Of a DNA stretch of 64,000 nt, positions 9,445-17,598 are shown piece by piece. The stretch covers positions 1 through 64,000 of IMG/VR virus record IMGVR_UViG_3300014204_000011; one strand, given 5' to 3'. The notes beneath the pieces were generated by a model. It saw nothing but the letters and a program-made list of their open reading frames with translations. It was not told the DNA's origin and ran no database searches. Both the position numbers and the translations under genes were made by a program. The first letter of the stretch is position 1. The number at the start of each line of letters is the position of its first letter. Source of the DNA: a virus (taxonomy: Duplodnaviria > Caudoviricetes).

Positions 9445-9749
9445 AAGATAAACAAAGGCAAAGAAGCCGTCAACTAATGGAAATAAATCTTTACAGAACT
9501 CTTTGTATAGAGCTTATTAAAATAATTACTGCTTCAGGTATAAAATTACCTGCGCATGTGATGAAAGTGGTCGATGTATGCTTTCCTATGGCATCTAAAA
9601 TTGTTCCAGAGGGACTTTTACAGGAAAAACGATGTACGATATGCTCTAAGGCAAAAAAATGCAATACAGGGCTTTATCGCTTTGCTATAGGTGGATGTGG
9701 GGATAGGTTTTCTAAAAAATGGTGGTTGTTTTTTAAGAGGATAGGATAA
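9441..9749 (+). CDS. hypothetical protein
   Basis: ORF track; ATGA overlap. Confidence 0.6.
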   Translation: MKDKQRQRSRQLMEINLYRTLCIELIKIITASGIKLPAHVMKVVDVCFPMASKIVPEGLLQEKRCTICSKAKKCNTGLYRFAIGGCGDRFSKKWWLFFKRIG

Positions 9750-9750
9750 T

Positions 9751-10356
9751 ATGCCCGAAGATGTAAAAAAATCTAAACCAGTAAAGAAAAAATCGGTTAA
9801 GAAAAAAAAAGAATCTGATCAACCTAAAAAAATTGAATTAAAAGATTTTAAACCAGATCACCAAAATTTTATTTTAGAATATATTCGTACCGGTAACAAA
9901 GTTAAATCTTATATGTTTGCTTATCCTAAATCTAAATATGGAGCAGCAAGTGTCAATAGTTTTAAGTTGCTAGAAAACGCTAGAATTAAAGAGTATATAC
10001 AAAGTTATTACGATGAACTATGGAGTGATAGGAAAAATGAAATAAGCAAAACTTTTAATAATCTGTTAAGAATTGCTAATGCTGATATTGCCGATGTCGT
10101 TGAATACGAAGAAGACGGTATGAGAGTTAAACCTTTTAGCGAGAGTGATACTTTTTTAATTGCTGAAATAAAAGAAACAGTTAGCGAGACTATGAACGGT
10201 ACAAATGTAAACAGATCTGTTAAGCTTAAAGATAGTTCTAAAGCAATATCAGAGCTTGTCCGTGTGCTTGGTATGATAACTGATAAGGTCGAACATAGTG
10301 GTACTATAGAAATCGTACCAGCTAAAAAACCTGAGAAGGGAGAAGAAAAAGAATGA
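9751..10356 (+). CDS. terS: terminase small subunit
   Basis: FILEYIRTGNKVKSYMFAYP...LLENARIKEYI HTH; K..A+..L.+.LGM C-terminal motif. Confidence 0.85.
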   Translation: MPEDVKKSKPVKKKSVKKKKESDQPKKIELKDFKPDHQNFILEYIRTGNKVKSYMFAYPKSKYGAASVNSFKLLENARIKEYIQSYYDELWSDRKNEISKTFNNLLRIANADIADVVEYEEDGMRVKPFSESDTFLIAEIKETVSETMNGTNVNRSVKLKDSSKAISELVRVLGMITDKVEHSGTIEIVPAKKPEKGEEKE

Positions 10357-10874
10357 GAAAAAGAATGAAATTTAACTCAGGAGATAAAGTAACTTATAAA
10401 ACTCCATATAAAACCGAAAAAGGAATTGTTAAAAGTATATCTGATGAAAATTATACTTTTGTTGTCTATCATTGTGGAGATGATTGGAAAAATTATAGAG
10501 ATTATACCGCAGCGAGAACACCTAATCAAAACTTAGTTCATGGTTGGAAATAATATATGACCGAAATAGAAAAAGATAATGAAATATTTGATGAAAAAAT
10601 AATAATCAATCATGATGAATGTTGTTTCTGTAAAATAGAATTGACTGAAGCTAATAAAAGTGTTTATCGTATGCATTTTAAAACAGATGATAATAAATCA
10701 AGTATTGGTTGTTTATGTTTAATGTGCAAAGAAACATTTGAGCGTCTTCAAGGTTCTATTGTTTGTAAGCCTGTAAAGAATGAAAAAAATATAAAAAAAG
10801 AATTGATTAATGAGGGATGGACTGATGAATTATTAAAAGTTAAAGAAGAGAGTGAATTTGCAGTAATAAATTAA
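10353..10874 (+). CDS. two hypothetical ORFs (10353-10553; 10557-10874 Cys-rich)
   Basis: ORF track. Confidence 0.6.
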
Positions 10875-10891
10875 AATAAAAAGGAGAGAAG

Positions 10892-11452
10892 ATGAAAGAA
10901 GAGATTATTGAAATGTTAGCAAGTTGTAATAGAGATGGAATGGCACATTTACTGCATTGGCTGGAAAATGAAACTGATTATTTTACAGCTCCAGCAAGTA
11001 CAAAATATCATGATAGTTTTGAAGGTGGATTAGCGAAACATTCAAATAATGTTTTATATTGTCTTTTGAATGTTTTAAAAATAGAACAATTTTCTATATT
11101 TGATATAGATCGACAATCTATAATTATTTGTGCGTTGCTTCATGATATATGTAAGACTAATTTTTATAAAGTTTCTGAGAAAAATGTCAAAGACGAAAAA
11201 ACCGGTAAATGGAATAAAGAAAATTATTATACCATTGAAGACAGTCATTTTTATGGACATGGTGAATGCTCTGTCATGCTAATTGAAAAGCATATAAAAC
11301 TAACTGATGAAGAGCGTTATGCAATTCGTTGGCATATGGGCGCATGGAGTGATGATAAGACTGGTGCATTGAATAAAGCTTTTAAAACCTATCCGCTTGC
11401 GCTTGCTTTACATATGGCTGATATGATGGCTTCTAATCTGGAGATTGAATAA
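10892..11452 (+). CDS. HD-domain phosphohydrolase
   Basis: FTAPASTKYHDSFEGGLAKHS, LLHDICK, GHGE, IRWHMG and LHMAD motifs. Confidence 0.9.
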   Translation: MKEEIIEMLASCNRDGMAHLLHWLENETDYFTAPASTKYHDSFEGGLAKHSNNVLYCLLNVLKIEQFSIFDIDRQSIIICALLHDICKTNFYKVSEKNVKDEKTGKWNKENYYTIEDSHFYGHGECSVMLIEKHIKLTDEERYAIRWHMGAWSDDKTGALNKAFKTYPLALALHMADMMASNLEIE

Positions 11453-11667
11453 TGAAAAGTAAATATTCTAAATGGATTCCGCTAACCGTTTATAGTAATG
11501 CAATGATGACACGGTATTTGCTTATGGCAAGGAAAAATCATAAAACTGGAATTATCAGTTTTAAATCTGTAAAAGTAAATAGAGTTACATCACATGATAC
11601 TTTTCTTACTACTTTAGAAATGAGTACACAGTTTAATAAATTACTTGAAGAGGTTGAAAGTAAATGA
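11452..11667 (+). CDS. hypothetical protein
   Basis: ORF track; stop/start overlap. Confidence 0.55.
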   Translation: MKSKYSKWIPLTVYSNAMMTRYLLMARKNHKTGIISFKSVKVNRVTSHDTFLTTLEMSTQFNKLLEEVESK

Positions 11668-11966
11668 AAAAGTTAATGTTTATATTTTTATTGTTTTGTT
11701 TCATAGGTTGCAATGAATTTACCGGAGATGGAATTGTTACTGATAAAGGTATTGATTATATTGATATCCGGACGATGATAGACGGATTCGGAATTAAAGA
11801 AACTGTAAAAAGTGATCCTAATAGTATTTCTATGTACTGGATTAAACTTAATACTTGCGAAGATAAAATATATATAAATCAATTTTCATGGGAAGATCTG
11901 GAAATTAAAGATTTTGTTAAAGTTGGGCCGGAGCATTCTGATATAAGATTTCAGAAGGAATATTGA
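11664..11966 (+). CDS. putative lipoprotein
   Basis: [16 protein letters not shown] signal peptide with lipobox-like Cys. Confidence 0.7.
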   Translation: MKKLMFIFLLFCFIGCNEFTGDGIVTDKGIDYIDIRTMIDGFGIKETVKSDPNSISMYWIKLNTCEDKIYINQFSWEDLEIKDFVKVGPEHSDIRFQKEY

Positions 11967-11968
11967 TT

Positions 11969-12574
11969 ATGGATTTATATAAAGAACTCGGCGTTAATAA
12001 AGATGCAAATATTGATGAAATAAAAAAAGCATATAGAAAACAGGCAAAGGCAAATCATCCGGATAAACACGGAGATGAAGAAAAAATGCAATCTATCAAT
12101 AAAGCTTATGCAATATTAAAAAATCCTTTTAAGCGTGAACGATATGATAGATTTGGAGAAGAGGAAACTGTTAATAATGATGATGCAAAATTAACTCAAA
12201 CAATTTGTGATATTGTTGCATCTTTAATTTTGAAAAATCCTGATGATATTAAAGTTTTCTTACAAGGTTTAAAACGTGAATGGAATAGTAATTATAATTC
12301 AGGTATAATAAAAGTTAAACAAGAAAAGCAATCTTTAGAGAATTTTAAAAAGAGAATATTAAAACATCCTGATAATGATATTATAAATAATTTTATTGAT
12401 GGTAAAATAAATAATTTAGAATTACAAATTATAAACATTGAAAAAGATTATGAAATAAGATTAAAGGCTTTGGGTATTCTTTTAGATGATTATGTTTATA
12501 AAATAAAGGCAGAAGATCCGTGGGTTGTAAACGCTCGACAAATGGGTTATACAATCATTGAAGGGTTTGAATAA
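11969..12574 (+). CDS. J-domain (DnaJ-like) protein
   Basis: [31 protein letters not shown]...[18 protein letters not shown] with intact HPD. Confidence 0.92.
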   Translation: MDLYKELGVNKDANIDEIKKAYRKQAKANHPDKHGDEEKMQSINKAYAILKNPFKRERYDRFGEEETVNNDDAKLTQTICDIVASLILKNPDDIKVFLQGLKREWNSNYNSGIIKVKQEKQSLENFKKRILKHPDNDIINNFIDGKINNLELQIINIEKDYEIRLKALGILLDDYVYKIKAEDPWVVNARQMGYTIIEGFE

Positions 12575-12753
12575 TAAATGCCTATCAGCAAAAATAGAAT
12601 ATATCAAAAATGTAAATATTGTGATCATACAAATATACATTTAAAAAATATGAAGTTTCCTGATTGTACATTGAAGAATAATAATCCTATAGTAGTTGGT
12701 TGTGTTTTGGGATTAGATTTTGTTTTAATTTCTCCTGAGTTGAAAAATAAAAT

Positions 12754-14127
12754 ATGAAAGTTGATTTTTCTAATTATTATGATATTTTAAACCCTTGTTA
12801 TTATGATTTCTTTGAAGATAATAATCGAATAAGACTTTTATATGGAAGTGCCGGTTCAGGTAAAAGTTTTTATTTAACTCAGGAATATATTTATAAAATT
12901 ATTGTATTAAATAAATTCAATTTGCTGTGTATGAGGAAAGTGGCGAATACTCACCGGACTAGCTGTTTTGCTTTATTTCAACAGGTTATATCTTCGTTAA
13001 ATGTGGAGTCTTTGTTTAAAATAAACAAAACAGATTTAACTATTGAATGTATTCATAATAAAAATATTATTATTTTTAAAGGATTAGATGATGGGGGAGA
13101 AAAAATTAAATCCGTTACCGGAAAGAACGGTATTATTACATCTATATGGATTGAAGAGGCTACAGAGTTAACAAACATTCAGGAATTTAATCAGCTTAAT
13201 GTTAGACTTAGAGGTAAAAGCGAAATACCTTTACAAATCACTCTTTCCTTTAATCCGATTAGTGTAAATCATTGGCTTTATAAAGAGTTCTTTTTAAAGA
13301 AAACTTTTCAAAAAAATTATTCAGTTACTATATTAAAAACTACCTACCTCCAGAATGAACATCTCGATGAGGATTATAAAAATGTACTTGAATCATATAA
13401 AGATATTGATGAACAATTTTATCGAGTGTATTGTCTCGCAGAATTTGGAATTTACGGCAATACTATTTTTAATAATTATAGTTTAGAATCTTGTCCTTAT
13501 ACTGAGGATGAATTTGATTCAATATATAATGGATTAGATTTTGGTTATTCACATCCGCAAGTGCTAGAAAAGCTTGGATTTAAAGATGGTACAATGTATT
13601 CTTATAATGAATTATGTTTATTTGAAAAAACAAATAAAGAATATATTGAGGAAAATAAAGAATATGATATATTGCATGAAAATGAAAATGTTATATGTGA
13701 TAGTGCCGAACCTTCAAAGATTAAAGAACTGGTTCAATATGGTTATGGTGCAATTCCAGCAATTAAGGGTAAGGATAGTGTAAGTAGAGGTATAGATTTT
13801 TTAAAAAGTCAAAAATGGGTAATTGATCCTGATAAATGTCCAAGACTAGCTCAAGAGGTTGAACAATATCATTGGAAAAAAGATAAAGAAGGAAATATAA
13901 CTGAAAAACCTGTAGAACTCTTTGAAGATGCAATCCACGCATGTTTTTATGCTTTAGAGCCATTGAGCCGATCAAAAGGCAAGCCAGGCGTTTTATCCGG
14001 TTCAATTAGTGATCAGAAAAAAGGCTTAATAGAAATAAAGAAAGCAGAAAGAAGAAAGCGTAAAGAAGTTATGATTGCACAACGTAAGAAAAAAAGAGAA
14101 GATGTTGAAAATTTTATTGAAAAGTAA
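12754..14127 (+). CDS. terL: terminase large subunit (PBSX-type)
   Basis: Walker A GSAGSGKS, WIEEATE, LSFNP, GLDFGY, CDSAEP, C-terminal nuclease Asp motif. Confidence 0.95.
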   Translation: MKVDFSNYYDILNPCYYDFFEDNNRIRLLYGSAGSGKSFYLTQEYIYKIIVLNKFNLLCMRKVANTHRTSCFALFQQVISSLNVESLFKINKTDLTIECIHNKNIIIFKGLDDGGEKIKSVTGKNGIITSIWIEEATELTNIQEFNQLNVRLRGKSEIPLQITLSFNPISVNHWLYKEFFLKKTFQKNYSVTILKTTYLQNEHLDEDYKNVLESYKDIDEQFYRVYCLAEFGIYGNTIFNNYSLESCPYTEDEFDSIYNGLDFGYSHPQVLEKLGFKDGTMYSYNELCLFEKTNKEYIEENKEYDILHENENVICDSAEPSKIKELVQYGYGAIPAIKGKDSVSRGIDFLKSQKWVIDPDKCPRLAQEVEQYHWKKDKEGNITEKPVELFEDAIHACFYALEPLSRSKGKPGVLSGSISDQKKGLIEIKKAERRKRKEVMIAQRKKKREDVENFIEK

Positions 14128-14136
14128 AAAAAATTG

Positions 14137-14165
14137 TTGACAGGGTTTTCTATAATTGATAGGTT
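14137..14165 (+). promoter_or_regulatory. putative sigma70 promoter for the RNA locus
   Basis: TTGACA-N17-TAGGTT just after the terL stop. Confidence 0.5.
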
Positions 14166-14202
14166 TTTAATCAGTAAAGTAACCCATTAGAATAATAATG
14201 GT

Positions 14203-14265
14203 TGAGAAGTTCGGTACATAAAAGACTCATTATCTTTTATTATGGTTCGATTCCATTTTTCTCAC
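14203..14265 (+). pseudogene. D-armless tRNA-like element, anticodon CAT
   Basis: acceptor TGAGAAG/TTTCTCA; anticodon arm AAAGA-CTCATTA-TCTTT; T-loop TTCGATT; only 11 nt where the D-arm should be. Confidence 0.6.
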
Positions 14266-14269
14266 ATAA

Positions 14270-14542
14270 AATCCTACCGTAGCCGGATTTGCGGATAAGG
14301 TGTTAAGATGCTGACGTTATCAGCTATAACGACTTAACTTAGTAAATAATGGGAATACCATGAGGTTTTATAAGCTTCACCATTATATAAGTTGCTAAAA
14401 ACCGGTTTTTCAAAAAGAGGTCATAGTCATATGGCTGAGAATACGAGAATGGGGCAACCTTCTATGACCGTATTTAACTTCTTACTGCTAAAACCAGTAA
14501 AGACTGCTTTTTCCCGATTATAGCAGTAAAAGAAAATCGGAA
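14270..14542 (+). ncRNA. densely structured intergenic RNA
   Basis: stems GCTGA/TCAGC, ATAATGG/CCATTAT, GGTCATAG/CTATGACC and TTACTGCTA/TAGCAGTAA, plus a CCGATT/AATCGG pseudoknot. Confidence 0.45.
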
Positions 14543-14543
14543 C

Positions 14544-14616
14544 GGGGCAGTAGCTCTAATGGGAGAGCGTCTGGTTTGCAACCAGAATGTTGTGAGTTCA
14601 AGTCCCACCTGTTCCA
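14544..14616 (+). tRNA. tRNA-Ala (TGC)
   Basis: cloverleaf; acceptor GGGGCAG/CTGTTCC with G3:U70; anticodon arm TCTGG-TTTGCAA-CCAGA; discriminator A; one T-stem mismatch; CCA not fully encoded. Confidence 0.9.
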
Positions 14617-14660
14617 AATTCCAGCGACAGTATGCACTGGAGTAAAAAATAATTAATTTA

Positions 14661-14764
14661 GGTTATATTGAATTGTTTCAAAGATTTCAAAATTGAGCTT
14701 TGGTGGTCGCAAGATAGAAGCAAAGGCTTATAACCCTGACTGGTGACGATCCCAGGGCCACCTA
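14661..14764 (+). ncRNA. pseudoknotted 5' leader of ORF 14804
   Basis: GGTTATA/TATAACC and GGTGGTC/GGCCACC helices cross; inner CTGG/CCAG hairpin. Confidence 0.45.
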
Positions 14765-14803
14765 AAAAATCAAAATTTAAAATTAAAAAGGAGATAAGAG
14801 AAA

Positions 14804-15445
14804 ATGGAAAAAGAAAGAATGACTATTACAAGAGGACTGAGAGAGCTTAAACTTCTTGATGATAGACTTATGAAAACAATTTCAGAGATGAAATTTGTTG
14901 ATGTTTATCAGGGTAAAAATCCTGGAGTAGTTTTAATAAGCAAAAAACAAAAAGCAGTTTTTGAAAGTGACATAAAAGAAAAGATTCAATCTTATGAAGC
15001 TCTCTTAAAAAGAAGAACTGCTATAAAGTCGGCTATTATGAAGTCAAATTCAGAAAATAAAATAAGAATAGCAAGTAAAGAGTATTTTGTAATTGACGCA
15101 ATTGAAAAAAAATCATCATTAAAGTATGATAAAGAATTTCTAAAAAAAATGAGATCAGATTGGGTTCAGATTTCAAACAATATTGAATCTAATCGAGTTA
15201 ATATAGAAAATCAGGTTAATACTATTGTAACTCAGGCTTTTGGAGCAAATAAAACAAATGATAAAGAAACTTATGATAATATCGCAAAGCCTTTTATCGA
15301 GGCTAATGAATTGAAACTTGTTAATCCGGTTGATATTTACAAAAGAATTGAAGAGCTTGATAAAGAAATTGTTGAATTTGAAGCTGAAGTTGATTTTGTT
15401 CTTTCAGAGTCAAATGCAAAAGTTGAAATTGAAATAGAAATTTAA
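14804..15445 (+). CDS. coiled-coil protein, possibly distant DIP1984/DUF6847-like
   Basis: AAGGAG RBS; MTITRGLRELKLLDDRL...IKSAIMKSNS...VDFVLSESNAKVEI; family link is from recalled pattern only. Confidence 0.5.
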   Translation: MEKERMTITRGLRELKLLDDRLMKTISEMKFVDVYQGKNPGVVLISKKQKAVFESDIKEKIQSYEALLKRRTAIKSAIMKSNSENKIRIASKEYFVIDAIEKKSSLKYDKEFLKKMRSDWVQISNNIESNRVNIENQVNTIVTQAFGANKTNDKETYDNIAKPFIEANELKLVNPVDIYKRIEELDKEIVEFEAEVDFVLSESNAKVEIEIEI

Positions 15446-15446
15446 A

Positions 15447-15819
15447 AAATATATGGAGGCTTGTCGAAAATCATAAACTTATGCTCGCCAACTCAAAGGC
15501 GTTAAAATCAGAGATCATAATAGCAATGGCAATATTGCAACTCCCTGTTAAGGAGCTTTAGAACAATGAGTCAACGGTTCAAATCCGTTTATTCCCATAA
15601 TGCGGAATATAGCTCAGTTTGGTTAGAGCAATTGTTTGAAAAAAAAATGAAAAGCTAAAAAATTATGATTTAACTTTTAAAAATCAGGATTAAAACTTTA
15701 AGCCGTTAAAATTAAAAAATATAAAGTTTAAAGATTGATAAAATCCTTGACTAATGGTTAAAAACTGATAGCATAATAGAGAATTGATTTCCACAAGGCT
15801 GATAAGTCTCCATATTTTA
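15447..15819 (+). ncRNA. ~370-nt structured RNA closed by a basal stem
   Basis: ATATGGAGGCTT (15451-62) pairs with AAGTCTCCATAT (15804-15); internal AGGATT/AATCCT and AAACTTTA/TAAAGTTT stems. Confidence 0.6.
15521..15630 (+). pseudogene. tRNA-derived parts: Asn(GTT) anticodon arm, T-arm and acceptor 3' strand, then a tRNA 5' half
   Basis: CTCC-CTGTTAA-GGAG; AACGG-TTCAAAT-CCGTT; TATTCCCA; then GGAATA-TAGCTCAGTTTGGTTAGAGCA. Confidence 0.7.
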
Positions 15820-15836
15820 AAATTTAAGAGGTATGA

Positions 15837-16127
15837 ATGTATAATAAAATTTTCAATCCGATGAGTGAGGCTCTAAGGCTTCTTAGAGTTTATTCAGATA
15901 TAAGCCAGGGTGATATGGCTTTAAATCTTCAGTTTCAAAATAATGTACTTTCTCAAATAGAAAACGGTCGAAGGGAAATAACCGTTAAAACTCTTGAAAA
16001 ATATGCTGAATTTTTTAAAATTCAAGTTAAAGATATAACATTTTTTGCACAACAAATTAAAGAAAATAAAGATATAAAAAAAGAAATATTTTTAACAATT
16101 ATGAAAAATATTAAAGAGGGTGTATGA
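15837..16127 (+). CDS. XRE-family HTH regulator
   Basis: LRLLRVYSDISQGDMALNL....VLSQIENGRREITVKTLEKYAEFF. Confidence 0.85.
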   Translation: MYNKIFNPMSEALRLLRVYSDISQGDMALNLQFQNNVLSQIENGRREITVKTLEKYAEFFKIQVKDITFFAQQIKENKDIKKEIFLTIMKNIKEGV

Positions 16128-16318
16128 GTTTAAGAATTGATTCTGAAAAATGTATTCATTGTGGTATGTGTCATGATAATTGTGAACATCATGGCTTAAC
16201 TCTTGTAAGCACTCATGATACTGTTTTATATATTCAGAACATGAAATGTATTCAATGCAAAGAATGTATAAAAAATTGTCCGGCTAATGCAATTTATGAA
16301 GAGGTAGAAAATGTCTAA
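16124..16318 (+). CDS. 2x[4Fe-4S] ferredoxin
   Basis: CIHCGMCHDNC and CIQCKECIKNCPANAI. Confidence 0.9.
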   Translation: MSLRIDSEKCIHCGMCHDNCEHHGLTLVSTHDTVLYIQNMKCIQCKECIKNCPANAIYEEVENV

Positions 16319-17598
16319 ACGCTATTCACAAATAGGTAAAAATATTATAGAATGGGATCAGACCTATTATATAACTTATGCTGGGGGTAAAAGAGAACTT
16401 CCGGCTAAAGATCAAAAAGAATATGATAAAACTCTTAACTTGCCTTTTGCATTGCAAAGACAGGAATTAAAAAAACTGGGATTTGAAAAGAATCCTAATG
16501 TCGTACCGATTAAAGGATTGTCTTTGATTGAATTATTTAAAGACAGATCTTTTATACCTTTTTTTGATGAGTATTTTAATCAATCACATTTAATTCAAAT
16601 TCATGATCAGATTGTTTATGAGTCTATAAAGCAAAAATCTTATGACTTGTTGTTGAACATTTAATGAAAATAAATATCTCTAAAATTATTCAGCAAATAT
16701 ATAAATCTGAAATACCGGTTCGTATTGAATTTATGTATGACATGGGTTTTTGTTGGAGCTTGATTGATGAGAAAATATTTCCTAGAATATTCTATGATTT
16801 TAAACTTGAAGGTGTTGCTATAGAAAATATATTGACAAAAGATAAAGTTCCTGTATTTGAAAAGGATTGGATTGCTAAAGGAGTTTCACAATCTTTTGAC
16901 GATGCTATAAAAAAACTATGTGAGGCTATTGTAGAACATTTACCTGAAAGTAGTTTTGCTGAATGGTGGAGAGGTATAAATTGAGGCATAAGCATGAAGA
17001 TTTTGAAGAAGATGAAGCTAGTGTTGATAGCCGTGAACGCAATAAACAGTTAAAACAGGATTTTGATGAGCTTTATATTCATAATTGTAAAAGATCTGGT
17101 AAAAAGTTTACATGTGTTCAAAATACTACAATCTTTGTTAGCGGAAATATAACAAGGTTATTGTTACCGCCTAAAACTCATTATGCTGATTGCCTTAAAA
17201 GAATTAGCGAAAATATGTATGTACAACTCAAAACAATAAAGGAGTAACAGAAAATGACATTTGAAAAAGCGATAGAAAAAGTCTTTGATCGGGACGAGAA
17301 AAAATTCGGGACTGTTTTTGCAGAAAGAAATACTCTTTCCGGACTTGATGAACTAAAAATTGCTGCGAAAGTATGGAATATTGTAGCTTTAGCACTGGAA
17401 GAAAAAGGGCTTGACGATTTTATTATTATCAATAATGTAGGTGGTATTGTATCTATTCCCCTGAAAGAGGAGAACATTAAAGATGATTCTAAAGGAAAAA
17501 GCAAAAGTCCGAAGACAGAGACAGCTTCAGATGATGCTGTAAATGGCAAAGAAGAAAAATCAAAAGAATCTCCAGCCACAACAAAGCCAGTTAAGTAA
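16311..17598 (+). CDS. four hypothetical ORFs (16311-16664, 16664-16984, 16963-17247, 17254-17598)
   Basis: ORF track; coupled stops and starts. Confidence 0.65.

Noticed and set aside
14617-14764. Theta/HDV-like ribozyme at the tRNA 3' end
   Set aside because: The helix does not start at the tRNA end and the P1.1 and J4/2 catalytic residues were not found; kept only as a generic pseudoknot.
14161-15830. tmRNA, RNase P, SRP or a known riboswitch
   Set aside because: No diagnostic conserved sequences were recognised by eye.
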